Made by a program: the position numbers and the translations under genes. Below, in pieces: positions 44,615-54,758 of a DNA stretch of 64,000 nucleotides. How positions within the stretch are numbered: position 1 is the stretch's first letter; each line of letters starts with the position of its first letter. The stretch lies in contig JAGVLQ010000004.1 in assembly GCA_020054235.1 (NCBI GenBank), forward strand, positions 60,652 through 124,651. The letters run 5' to 3'. Source of the DNA: Candidatus Babeliales bacterium. Lineage in GTDB: Bacteria; Babelota; Babeliae; Babelales; JACPOV01. The notes under the pieces are model-generated. The model ran no database searches and was not told the DNA's origin. It saw nothing but the letters and a program-made list of their open reading frames with translations.

Positions 44615-46681
44615 ATGACCAAAATAAATTGTATGGTATTTCTGACATTCATTTCTGTTTCATGTAATCAAAAAATTCTTATCATCGATACAGCTAACAA
44701 TGATCCTTACATTTACCGCACTATTATTACATTATCTGAAAAACTAGGTTTTCTTCCCATCTACAAAAATATCTACGAAATCGAACCTAATAGTATAGAT
44801 AATTTCCCTACCATTATTTTTTCTTTTCATGGCAGTTATTTTACAGCAACTGCGCAAGAATTAGGCCAAAAACATAGCATCAACCACCCTTTGCTCAAGC
44901 GAATTAATTCTTTTATTGATGAAATAAGCAAACAAAACAATAAAACAGTTTTGCTTATTATGCCTTCAACAGGCAAATCCGCAGCACTCTTGGGAATGGC
45001 GCATCAATTACTTGCCCGCTTAGGAACTTTTGAAAAACCTCAAATGGATTCCACCCTAGAAAATTTTACAAAAAAAATGTTGCTCCCTATTTTACAAAGT
45101 GATGCATCAAAATCATTCCGCTATGATACAGCACTTTTATATGCGCAAGAAAAACCGTACGATGAAAAAATTTGGGAACAACTGGAAAAAAATGGAGAAA
45201 TTATTGGAGCGCCTCTTCCTCTAGATTCGACAATTTTTAAAACAAGCCATGAATTAGAACCCTTGTATCCTTTAGGTTTTTATTTAAAAAACAAAGCAAA
45301 CGGCAATCAGTTTTTTATTACCCATTCTTCTGCGGTGCATTTTGCCGACATTCAAGAATCATTTATCTATAATCCGGTTGACCATACCTTACGCAAAAAA
45401 ATACTAGAAGCTGTTTATACCTTGTTAGCAGAGTTTTATAATGCAGCAGAAACAAAAAATTTAATACAAAACAAAAAAAAACTTATTATACCGGACTCTT
45501 TACAAGTAGAACTATATCGCAACAACCAGCGAAATATCCAAACGCAAAGAGCATCAATCCTTGATCAAAAATATTACTGGATAATACATGAAGGAATTTC
45601 GTGTGGATGGCTTACCATAGGACCGTATGAAAAAAACATGAATAAGGCTGTTGAAAATCTCTTAAAATGTGGTTTAAATATGCTTTGGCTTGAATTAAGA
45701 CCAGAATGGCAGTTAAGCGTACAAGCTTTAGATCCTGATGGCAAAAAAGCATTTTTTAAACGAGTTAAAACTTTTACAAAAACGCTCGTTGCAAAGTCCC
45801 AAGAACTTAAACTACCTATTCCAAAACTTTTTGTTGGCATGGAAATGACAGGAAACTTCATAAAATATCCTCCGTGCAATCCAGCAATTGATATGTACGG
45901 CTCTGTTTATTCAAAAATTCCCAGCCCTTTAGATTTTGAAAAATTTTGGAAACCTGAATTATTGGATGTTTTTGATGCCTTTTATGCTGCATGGCAAAAT
46001 TCAATTGGCAATGGCATTCCACTTGCAGGTATCTTTCTTGATTTTGAAATGTACCATGCACAAAACCAAACAGGCCAGTTTTTAGCTACCATGGATTTTT
46101 CTGATCTTGCTTGGCAGCTTTTTGTAAAAAAAATGGAAAAACCTGAACTTGCAAAATTTACTAAAACTCAAGAGCGTTTTGCTTATTTGATGGACAACAA
46201 TTTGTTAAATACTTATTTCCAAATCTTACAAAAAAAAGCAGAAAAAATTGGTGCCATGATAAGAAATCATGTGCATACTAAACTACCTAATAGCATCATA
46301 GCTGGTTATAATCTCAATTTACCTCATAATTGGTTTTATAAAGGGCTTTTGGCTGGCTTAAGCTCACCAGAAAATCCTGTTATTTTTGCAACTTTTTCGA
46401 ATGAATTTTATCCGCATTATGATTGGCTTACAAAAAACAATATTCATTTGCTCCACATGCCCGTGATTTTGTTGTCAAAACTTCAAAAAAAAGAAGATTT
46501 TACAAAAATTGATGATCTCCTGCAATTCCATGATGGTATCTGGTTCAACCGAATATCGCGTCTAGAAGAACCCCGCCCCACAAATGGCAAAAACTTGGAT
46601 TTTGACCTAGAAAGCACTCCTCTTGATACGCAAACCTTTATCTCCTTACTAAACCAAGCATTGAGCAAATACAAACCATAA
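44615..46681 (+). CDS. Large hypothetical protein, possible lipoprotein
   Basis: About 688-aa ORF. The N-terminus MTKINCMVFLTFISVSC has a lipobox-like VSC. No confident family; a TIM-barrel glycosidase-like impression around GIFLDFEMY is not supported further. Confidence 0.55.
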   Translation: MTKINCMVFLTFISVSCNQKILIIDTANNDPYIYRTIITLSEKLGFLPIYKNIYEIEPNSIDNFPTIIFSFHGSYFTATAQELGQKHSINHPLLKRINSFIDEISKQNNKTVLLIMPSTGKSAALLGMAHQLLARLGTFEKPQMDSTLENFTKKMLLPILQSDASKSFRYDTALLYAQEKPYDEKIWEQLEKNGEIIGAPLPLDSTIFKTSHELEPLYPLGFYLKNKANGNQFFITHSSAVHFADIQESFIYNPVDHTLRKKILEAVYTLLAEFYNAAETKNLIQNKKKLIIPDSLQVELYRNNQRNIQTQRASILDQKYYWIIHEGISCGWLTIGPYEKNMNKAVENLLKCGLNMLWLELRPEWQLSVQALDPDGKKAFFKRVKTFTKTLVAKSQELKLPIPKLFVGMEMTGNFIKYPPCNPAIDMYGSVYSKIPSPLDFEKFWKPELLDVFDAFYAAWQNSIGNGIPLAGIFLDFEMYHAQNQTGQFLATMDFSDLAWQLFVKKMEKPELAKFTKTQERFAYLMDNNLLNTYFQILQKKAEKIGAMIRNHVHTKLPNSIIAGYNLNLPHNWFYKGLLAGLSSPENPVIFATFSNEFYPHYDWLTKNNIHLLHMPVILLSKLQKKEDFTKIDDLLQFHDGIWFNRISRLEEPRPTNGKNLDFDLESTPLDTQTFISLLNQALSKYKP

Positions 46682-46797
46682 AAGTTCATCAAAAACAATT
46701 TTTTTACCTCAAAATGAATCCCTCTATAAAACTCTTGAACAAAAGCATTAAACCTTCCTAGGCTTTTAGCGAAGTCTTTTTTAAAAAAGGAAATTGT

Positions 46798-47973
46798 ATG
46801 AAAATTAACTTCTTTTTTATAATTGCTCTATTTGTATCTTTAACCCTACAAGCTTGGCCTCCGGCGCTGCAAAATTGTGGTAATACGTGTTTTTTGAATG
46901 CAAGCATTCAGGTCCTTTATCATATCCCCCCGCTTACTAAACTTCTCGAAACTCAAGGAAATAATCCTTATCCAGACAATTCTGCTTCTTTTTTTTATTG
47001 GAACCTTATTAAAAAGTTCGAAGAAACGCAAAACCCCAATAATCCTTCGATATTTACCTGTGAACCCCAATTAGGCCTAGGAAAATTAGATAAATCTTCT
47101 TTTGAGCTCATGGAATTTAGTTGTGGCTCACAACAAGATGCAACAGAGTTTATGTGGAAATTTTTAGATCAACTTATTGAAAAAAATAATGAGTTAAAAT
47201 CAATGATTGAAGTACTTTTTAAATTCAATCTTATGAGCTCTATAAAATGCCCTGCTCTACCAAATTTAGTTGAATATGAAAGTATTACGAAAGATCCTGC
47301 CCTACATTTAACCCTAGAAACTAAAAAAAATAATACTATTTATAGTTCACTCAATGATTGTTTAGATAATTTTTTTAGTTTCGAAAAGCTCGACGACCCA
47401 CAAAACTTCTATAATGACCCTCGTACTAATCAACCTAGATCAGACTGTACCAAAAAATTATCAATCGAAACTTCTCCTGAAATACTTATGATTGGCCTCA
47501 AACGATTTGAATTCATAACTGCAACACACTCTAACAAGCTAGACCATAGTATTCAAATTCCTTTTACCTTAGATATGGCTTCATTTGTAAAAAACTCTAG
47601 ACAAGAAAATACTTATGAACTAATTGGGGCTGTAATACAGGGCGGCGGCATCAAAAGTGGTCACTATTGGGCCTACGTACAGGACTTAAGTGGTCAATGG
47701 TATAAATGTGATGATGCTTCAATAACTAAGGTATCGGCTACAGGTGATAGTATGTTGGAAGAAATCAATGGGGCTCCGAATAAGCCAACTGGTTATCTTT
47801 TTGTTTACCAAAAAACTTCTTCCCGTAAAAAATCACACGCAGAATATGAAGAAATGCAAAAAGAAGCTGAGAAAAAAGAGCAAAAACAAATAGCTCTTGC
47901 AAGTCTTTCAACCTCTTTAAATAATTTAACAAACGCTTTAACAACTTTACAAAAAAGCTTGGGGGGAAAGTAA
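46798..47973 (+). CDS. Eukaryote-type ubiquitin-specific protease (USP/UBP, peptidase C19) with signal peptide
   Basis: Cys box LQNCGNTCFLNASIQVL, QQD box GSQQDATEFMWKFLDQL, His box YELIGAVIQGGGIKSGHYWAYVQDLSGQWYKCDDASITKV, and GYLFVYQK. N-terminal signal/anchor MKINFFFIIALFVSLTLQA. Confidence 0.8.
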   Translation: MKINFFFIIALFVSLTLQAWPPALQNCGNTCFLNASIQVLYHIPPLTKLLETQGNNPYPDNSASFFYWNLIKKFEETQNPNNPSIFTCEPQLGLGKLDKSSFELMEFSCGSQQDATEFMWKFLDQLIEKNNELKSMIEVLFKFNLMSSIKCPALPNLVEYESITKDPALHLTLETKKNNTIYSSLNDCLDNFFSFEKLDDPQNFYNDPRTNQPRSDCTKKLSIETSPEILMIGLKRFEFITATHSNKLDHSIQIPFTLDMASFVKNSRQENTYELIGAVIQGGGIKSGHYWAYVQDLSGQWYKCDDASITKVSATGDSMLEEINGAPNKPTGYLFVYQKTSSRKKSHAEYEEMQKEAEKKEQKQIALASLSTSLNNLTNALTTLQKSLGGK

Positions 47974-47994
47974 GATGAACAGCGCTTATCCAAC

Positions 47995-48978
47995 TTACTT
48001 AATTTCTTGAAATATTTTTTTTATTGAAGCTACAGAACCCGCCAGAGAAGCTGCCTCGTAAGGGATAACCACCAACTTATCATCTTTACCCTTGGTCAAT
48101 TCTGGCAATGCCTTTATGTATTGCGTCGCAATCATATAATGCATAGGATCACCAGATGGCATAGCTTTTTGTATCATTTCAATTGCTTTTGATTCAGCTT
48201 CGGCAATTTTTAGGCGTGCTTCTGCTTCCGCAGTAGCCGTAATTACTTGTGATTCGGCAATACCTCGTGCTCTTAACACTGAAGATTCTTGCATACCTTC
48301 AGCTTCCAAAATGGCAGCGCGTTTCGTACCTTCTGATTCCAAAATTTTTGCACGTCTATCCCGCTCTGCTCGCATTTGTTTTTCCATTGCTTGGCGAATA
48401 TCATGCGGTGGATTCACTTCTTGCAATTCAACGCGGTTAACCTTAACGCCCCATTTGTCCGTTGCTTCATCCAAAATAATACGGAGCTTTTCATTAATTT
48501 GATCGCGTGAAGTTAATGTTTCATCAAGATCTAATGAACCAATTACGTTACGCAAGGTTGTTTGCGTTAACTTTTCAATTGCTTCGGGCAAATTAGCAAC
48601 TTCATAAATTGCTGCTTTGGGGTCAGTAATTTGATAATAAAGCAACGCGTTAATTTCCATGGTAACGTTATCTTTGGTGATCACATTTTGCTTAGGAAAA
48701 TCATAGACTGCTTCACGCAAATCGATGCGATCAACATGCTGTAAAATACGGGTATAACCACGACCATTTGCACTCGGCACTAAAAATGTCCATAACACAG
48801 CATGCGGACGCTCCATAAAAGGCATAACAATATGCATCCCCGGCTTTAGAACACGATCAAAGCGCCCAAAGCGCTCAATTACCATCGCTTCAGATTGGCG
48901 AATAAGATAGATTGCTTTAAAAAGAATAATTGCCGCTACAACCAAAAGACCTATAAAAAAAATTCCAATTTCAAACAT
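47995..48978 (-). CDS. SPFH/band-7 (stomatin-like) membrane protein
   Basis: N-terminal TM helix and SPFH core (VIERFGRFDRVLKPGMHIVMPF..., ITKDNVTMEINALLYYQITDP). Ala/Glu-rich coiled C-terminus. Confidence 0.88.
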   Translation of the reverse strand: MFEIGIFFIGLLVVAAIILFKAIYLIRQSEAMVIERFGRFDRVLKPGMHIVMPFMERPHAVLWTFLVPSANGRGYTRILQHVDRIDLREAVYDFPKQNVITKDNVTMEINALLYYQITDPKAAIYEVANLPEAIEKLTQTTLRNVIGSLDLDETLTSRDQINEKLRIILDEATDKWGVKVNRVELQEVNPPHDIRQAMEKQMRAERDRRAKILESEGTKRAAILEAEGMQESSVLRARGIAESQVITATAEAEARLKIAEAESKAIEMIQKAMPSGDPMHYMIATQYIKALPELTKGKDDKLVVIPYEAASLAGSVASIKKIFQEIK

Positions 48979-48981
48979 TAT

Positions 48982-49431
48982 TTACCTTTCTTTAATTTTT
49001 TCAAGAATAACGTGTGCACCTTTCACTCCTAAAATGCGTACTTCTTCATTAACTCTGATAATTTCATCATGCACACCGCGGCACGACCAGATTTGGCCAC
49101 CAATTTTTACTTGCCCAAACTCCAGGGATTTAACTTCTTTTATGACGATGCCAATTTTGCCTTCCAAGGCGTCAGTATTTGATTTATGTTCTTTTGAAGA
49201 AAGGCGTTTTACTTGTTGCAAAATCCAAGAGCGCAGAAGTAAAAATGTTGTTCCCGTTGCAAACAAAGCGAGAACTGTTTGGGCTGCAAAAGGAAAGTCC
49301 AGCCAAGCAGCAAAGCCACCAATAAAGGCACCAAAAGAAAATGATAAAAATAAGAAATGGCTAGGATTTGCAAGTTCAAAAAATAACAACAGGACGGCTG
49401 AACCAAGCCAGTAAAGAAGTGTGTTTTCCAT
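48982..49431 (-). CDS. NfeD-family membrane protein
   Basis: Start placed at MENTLLYWLGS. It has hydrophobic N-terminal helices and a C-terminal OB-like NfeD domain (GKIGIVIKEV...GQVKIGGQIWSCRG). It lies directly upstream of the SPFH gene, the usual pairing. Confidence 0.8.
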   Translation of the reverse strand: MENTLLYWLGSAVLLLFFELANPSHFLFLSFSFGAFIGGFAAWLDFPFAAQTVLALFATGTTFLLLRSWILQQVKRLSSKEHKSNTDALEGKIGIVIKEVKSLEFGQVKIGGQIWSCRGVHDEIIRVNEEVRILGVKGAHVILEKIKER

Positions 49432-49681
49432 AAAAAACCCCCTTGAGGATAAATATGCCTTAATTATAATGTTTTTTACCAATTCTTCAATAAAAACAAT
49501 TTGATTTAATCATCTGGTCTATATTTATATAGCCATCTCTTTTTTTTTGATCATAAAGAAAGAGCAATTATCATGCTCAAATAAACTTTATTCACACAAC
49601 ATATTGATCGACAATCATAATTTTGATTTTTTTCCAAGAGATACTTAAACTAATATGCAATAAAAATTAAAGGAGAATATT

Positions 49682-51353
49682 ATGCAAAAAAAAACATTAT
49701 TTTCTACTTTATGTATAGCACTTTTTTGTCGATCAATATCCGCTTCTTGGGCTGAAAAAACTCTTGCCAGTCTTTCTTTACGCGAAAAAATTGGGCAGCT
49801 TTTCATGGTTGCCACTGGCGCAAATTTAACTATGCTTGAAGAACCTTATGCAATGCAAGTTGTTAATTCACCTTACAAATTAAATCACCAATACGTTGAA
49901 AAGTTAATAAAAGAGTATCATATCGGAGGCATAACTTTTTTTATATAAAGGAACACCTTCGCAACAAATCGATCTCACTAATGCGTTCCAAAAACTCAGT
50001 AAGCTACCACTTCTAATTGGCCAAGATTGTGAATATGGTTTGAGCATGCGTTTATATGATACCATACGCTTTCCGCACAACCTGACACTCGCTGCACAAG
50101 GAAATCTTGAGGTGATTTATGAAATTGCGTACGAGATCGGCAAACAATGCAAAGCAATGGGCGTTCATATTAACTTTGCACCGGTTGTCGATATCAATAC
50201 AAATCCTGAAAATCCCATCATTGGCGATCGTTCATTTGGTGATAATAAAGAACATGTTGCTGCATGCGGCGTTGCCTTTGCACAAGGTTTGCAAGATGCC
50301 GGAATTCTTGCTTGTGCAAAACATTTCCCAGGCCATGGTGATACTACCCAAAATTCTCACCTTGAATTACCAAAAGTATTGCGTAGTAAAGAAGAAATTT
50401 TTGATGAAGACCTCTATCCATTTAAGGTATTGATTGATGCTGGCGTTGCTTGCATTATGAATGCACATCTTCAAGTGCCGGCTCTTGATAAAACACGCAA
50501 TCAGCCGACCAGTCTTTCTAAAAAAGTAGTAACAGAATTGTTGCAAGAACAGCTCGGTTTTCAAGGACTCGTAATTACTGATGGCATGGGCATGAAAGCA
50601 GTCACCAAACATCATAAACCCGGCGAAGCTGCCTTGAAAGCTTTGCAAGCCGGTAATGATATTATTTTATGCCCCGTCGATGTACCAGCCGCCGTTGAAT
50701 GCATTGAACAAGCACTTTTAAATGGTTCAATCACGCATAAAAAACTTGATGGCCATGTGCTAAAAATCTTACAAGTCAAAGAACAATTATTGCTTCATGA
50801 ACAGCGTTTTGTTAACAAAGAACATACATTACAAGCACTCAAAAATCCTGATGCGCTGGCATTAAAAAAAGAAGCTTATCAAAATGCAATTGCCATCAAT
50901 CAAAATTTCAATCTGCCAACACTCGATGAATCAACAGCCATTGTACAAGTTGGTGGCTATTTACCAAGTGCTTTCGAAAAAACAATACGAACCTACCATA
51001 AAATACCAACCTACCATTTAAGTTCTGAGCCGCAAAAAGAGAATCTTGAGTTCGTTGAAAAAAAATTAGATGAAAAAAAAGTAGTAGTATTTAGTATTTT
51101 TGGAATGGAAAAAAATTTTGCCACTAATTACGGCGTTGCTGATCACATTTTACAATTAATTCATCGTGTACAAAAACAAAACAAAGAAGTTGTTATTATT
51201 CTTTTTGGCACGCCCTATGCCTTAGAACTTTTTGAAAATCAACAAAAAATTATTCTTGCTTATGAAGATAATGAAGATACTCAAGAAGCTGCCGCAGAAA
51301 TTATTGTCGGTAAAAGAAAGCCAATAGGTATACTACCCGTCAAAATAAATTAA
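49682..51353 (+). pseudogene. nagZ: GH3 beta-N-acetylhexosaminidase (NagZ-like) split by a frameshift in a T7 run
   Basis: The fragment 49682-49948 (signal peptide, LREKIGQLFMV, YHIGGITFF) stops just after T7 at 36-42 of 499xx (49936-49942). The +1 frame, open from 49935, continues YKGTPSQQIDL...PLLIGQDCEYG...KHFPGHGDT...ITDGMGM to 51353. Confidence 0.75.
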
Positions 51354-51746
51354 TAAACAATCTTTTTGAGACAAGGCATTTCAAATTTGACGCTCAACTA
51401 GTAATAAGACGCTCCATATTGAATTTTTTAAGGGGCTATTACATTATTCACTCTATTTGATATAATTTCGAATAAAAATTTTTATACAAAAATCTACGAT
51501 TTAGAAATTTAAAATATTCTGAAAAAAATACTCATTTCTATTAAACTTTTAATATTGACACTATTACTGTCTGGCACAAACTCTTTTGCAGGAGAACGAT
51601 CTGAAACAACAAGCTTGTTAAAAGCATCCAAACACTTTAGAAATCCACACATATCATAAAATACTTACTCAAACAGAATGAAAACCTAAAGAAAGAAAAT
51701 GAGCTTCTAAAGCAAAAGCTCAAAGATAAATAAAATTAAATCTATT

Positions 51747-53612
51747 TCATTTCTTCTTCACTGCTTTCACAATTGCTTGAGCATCAATGCCTTCCCAGGC
51801 CATGAGTTCATCTGGTTTTCCTGAGCGGGGCAATTTATCAACGGCCAAACAGGTGATTTCGATCTTTTCATTGCGCAATGCATAGGTAACCGCTTCACCA
51901 ATACCACCTTGCAAATAATGATCCTCAACGGTAATAATGCGATTACCAGATTTTTTAGCCATACGCACAATAGTTTCGTGGTCAAGTGGTTTGATTGAAT
52001 ATACATCGATCACAGCAATTGAAATTTTTTCTTGCTGCAGTTGTTCATATGCTTTGAGTGCATTATGCAACGTAATACCAGCACCAATAACGAGCGCAAC
52101 ATCGTTGTCACTTTGACGCACCACTTTACAACCACCGATGTTAAATTCCTCATTATTGTCATATAAAATTGGCGTTGCACTACGCGTGGTGCGCAAATAG
52201 GAAATACCCTCGTAATGATTTGCCATAAGTTCAACTAGTTTGTAGGTGCTAACGGCATCTGATGGATACAGCACTACCGAATTTGGAATGCTGCGCATCA
52301 TAGCAATATCCTCTAAGCCCATTTGCGAAGGACCATCTTGGCCGATTGAAACACCTGCATGTGAACCGCACAAACGCAATGACGCTTGGCCAATTGCAGC
52401 CATACGGATTTGGTCAAAGGCGCGCGTCATAAATGAAGCAAAGGTTGAAGCAAAGGGAATTTTTCCACGCGTTGCCATGCCAACTGCCATGCCGATCATA
52501 TTTTGTTCTGCAACAAAGCATTGCACAAATCTTTCTGGAAATTCTTTTTCAAAAATTTCAGCATACGTAGAATTTTTTACTTCCGCATCAAGACTTATTA
52601 TTTGATCATTTTGTTTTCCAACAGCAGCAAGTGCTTGTCCATATGCTTTGCGCGTTGGTAATTCATCGCCTTTTTTATAATTCGGTTTTGGCACTACAAT
52701 TTTTTTTGCTTCTTTCTGATGCTCTTTTTTTGGTAGCTTTGGTTGCCAAGAATAATTACCTGCATAGGTTGCAGCATCATGAAATTCTTGTTTCATTGCT
52801 GCTAAAATTTCTAAAAGTTCTTTTTCTGAAAAAGCCTTGCCATGGAAACCCATTTTATCAGCTGCTTGTGGAATACCATAACCTTTAATAGTTTTTGCAA
52901 TAATAATTGAAGGTTTGTCAGCAACCTTTCGTGCGCTATCAAATGCTGTCATCAACTCGATAACACTGTGACCATCAACAATAAACGTCTGCCAACCAAA
53001 TGCTTCAAATTTTTGTGCGTAACGATTCACATTGTGCTCATGCAATCCTGATGTACTTTGCCCTAATCTGTTAACATCTAAAATAGCAATCAAATTATGC
53101 AAACCATAAAATGCTGCTATTTCAGCCGCTTCCCATACTTGACCTTCCGAAGATTCTGCATCACCGAGTAATGCATAGGTATAAAAATCGCGATTATCCA
53201 TGAGCGCGGTGATAGCAATACCAACGGCAACAGATAATCCTTGGCCCAAAGAACCGGTAGCTGCTTCTGTACATGAAAATCTTAATGTTGGATGCCCTTC
53301 TAAGACTGAATCAAATTCACGATACGTCATTATATCAGCATCTGAAAGCAGCCCAAGTTCTTTCCATACAGCATAAAAAATTGGCGATGCATGACCTTTT
53401 GATAAAATAAAACGATCATTATTGGGATTATTATGATTTTTAGGATCAAACTTCATCGCATAAAAAAATAAAACTGCCATGATATCAGCCGCAGATAAGG
53501 CTGATGTCGGATGGCCTGAGCCTGCTTGGGTAGTCATGCGCAAAGAAGAAACACGCATAATATAGGATTTATATTTTAAAAAATTTAGAAGTGTTTGAGT
53601 CATACTCCACAC
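51747..53612 (-). CDS. tkt: Transketolase
   Basis: Carries GSGHPTSALSAADI, the TPP motif LGDAESSEGQVWEAAE, and pyrimidine-binding and C-terminal domains. 621 aa. Confidence 0.9.
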   Translation of the reverse strand: MWSMTQTLLNFLKYKSYIMRVSSLRMTTQAGSGHPTSALSAADIMAVLFFYAMKFDPKNHNNPNNDRFILSKGHASPIFYAVWKELGLLSDADIMTYREFDSVLEGHPTLRFSCTEAATGSLGQGLSVAVGIAITALMDNRDFYTYALLGDAESSEGQVWEAAEIAAFYGLHNLIAILDVNRLGQSTSGLHEHNVNRYAQKFEAFGWQTFIVDGHSVIELMTAFDSARKVADKPSIIIAKTIKGYGIPQAADKMGFHGKAFSEKELLEILAAMKQEFHDAATYAGNYSWQPKLPKKEHQKEAKKIVVPKPNYKKGDELPTRKAYGQALAAVGKQNDQIISLDAEVKNSTYAEIFEKEFPERFVQCFVAEQNMIGMAVGMATRGKIPFASTFASFMTRAFDQIRMAAIGQASLRLCGSHAGVSIGQDGPSQMGLEDIAMMRSIPNSVVLYPSDAVSTYKLVELMANHYEGISYLRTTRSATPILYDNNEEFNIGGCKVVRQSDNDVALVIGAGITLHNALKAYEQLQQEKISIAVIDVYSIKPLDHETIVRMAKKSGNRIITVEDHYLQGGIGEAVTYALRNEKIEITCLAVDKLPRSGKPDELMAWEGIDAQAIVKAVKKK

Positions 53613-53614
53613 CT

Positions 53615-53848
53615 TCAGTTAGAAGCTTCTTTTAATTTTTTTTCAATAGCCTGCAAATCTGCCTGTGGAAAAAAAATTGAAGATTTGTTTTGGGATATTT
53701 TTGATTGTTTTTTAGGTTGCTTTGATTTGTTATCTATTGTTTCCGAAGATTTTTGCTTTTGAGAAACCTTTAATGGACAAGATTGCTCTTCTGCATAAGC
53801 ACAGTTACCTTTAAAAAATAGAAAAATAAAACAGAAAAAATATACCAT
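53615..53848 (-). CDS. Hypothetical small secreted protein
   Basis: 77 aa with a hydrophobic N-terminus and a K/Q/S-rich remainder. It abuts the tkt start. Confidence 0.4.
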   Translation of the reverse strand: MVYFFCFIFLFFKGNCAYAEEQSCPLKVSQKQKSSETIDNKSKQPKKQSKISQNKSSIFFPQADLQAIEKKLKEASN

Positions 53849-53924
53849 CCTTTTTCTCCAAAAAAACAGTTTTTAATATAGCTATTATACCACATCTTTT
53901 TAGAAATAAAGGATTAAAAGATTA

Positions 53925-54650
53925 CTACGTCAAACCACCGGTAGCTAAAGCACCCAATTCTTGCAATTCTTTAATAAATGGCACGGGCTGATGTGCCTCA
54001 ATTTCATTGTATAATGCTTTTGCTTGTGAATTTGTTTCTTTTAAGCGAAAGACTAGAGCTTGAGCAATATTCATTAGCTCATGGGCTTGATCAGTTTGAC
54101 CTTGCGCTTGATAAAAATTTGCTTGACCATATGTTTCCCTGGCCATTGCAAGCAATGAAGTACGAAATAGATCATGTAACTTTTTAAAAATTTTTTTATT
54201 TTCTCCAATAGTTATATCTTCCAGTAAGGCAAAATAGTTATGCACAATATTTATACTTGGTAATAACTGGTCAAAAACATTAACGGTTTGCTTGGTCAAA
54301 AAATAAAGATGTAACTCTATATTTTTAAAAATAGTATCAATGTCTTCGTATTTTGGAACTTCAAAAGAAACGCGTGTTAAATTTTGCAACATATTAATGC
54401 GATCAAAACCTGTTTTTTCTCGTTCAACTTCTTTAATAACTTCATAAAGAACTCTTCTATGGTTCTCATCCATAGCAGCCTGCAAACGTGCCGGTGATAT
54501 GGTTTGCAAGGCATGCGTACCTTTTACTACATGTTCATAAGTTTTTGGTTGACGTAAAATATAAGGAATTGATCGTACTGTGCCAATTACGATTAACAAC
54601 AATGTTAAAAAACTCAAACCACAAAATAAACGATTCATGTTATCTTCCAA
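53925..54650 (-). CDS. Hypothetical membrane-anchored helical protein
   Basis: 241 aa with a single N-terminal TM helix (LFCGLSFLTLLLIVIGTV). No family recognised. Confidence 0.5.
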   Translation of the reverse strand: MEDNMNRLFCGLSFLTLLLIVIGTVRSIPYILRQPKTYEHVVKGTHALQTISPARLQAAMDENHRRVLYEVIKEVEREKTGFDRINMLQNLTRVSFEVPKYEDIDTIFKNIELHLYFLTKQTVNVFDQLLPSINIVHNYFALLEDITIGENKKIFKKLHDLFRTSLLAMARETYGQANFYQAQGQTDQAHELMNIAQALVFRLKETNSQAKALYNEIEAHQPVPFIKELQELGALATGGLT

Positions 54651-54687
54651 AAATATATTTATTAGTAATCATTTTTCAACTCAGATC

Positions 54688-54717
54688 AGAAGGGAAGCCT
54701 TTTACAGCTTCCCTTCT
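54688..54717. other. Perfect 11-bp intergenic hairpin (possible terminator without a U-tract)
   Basis: agaagggaagc (54688-54698) / gcttcccttct (54707-54717) with an 8-nt loop, between two minus-strand genes. No T-run on either side. Confidence 0.4.
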
Positions 54718-54758
54718 TAACTCCCTAAAAAAAGGAGTTTCCATATGAATATCTTTGT

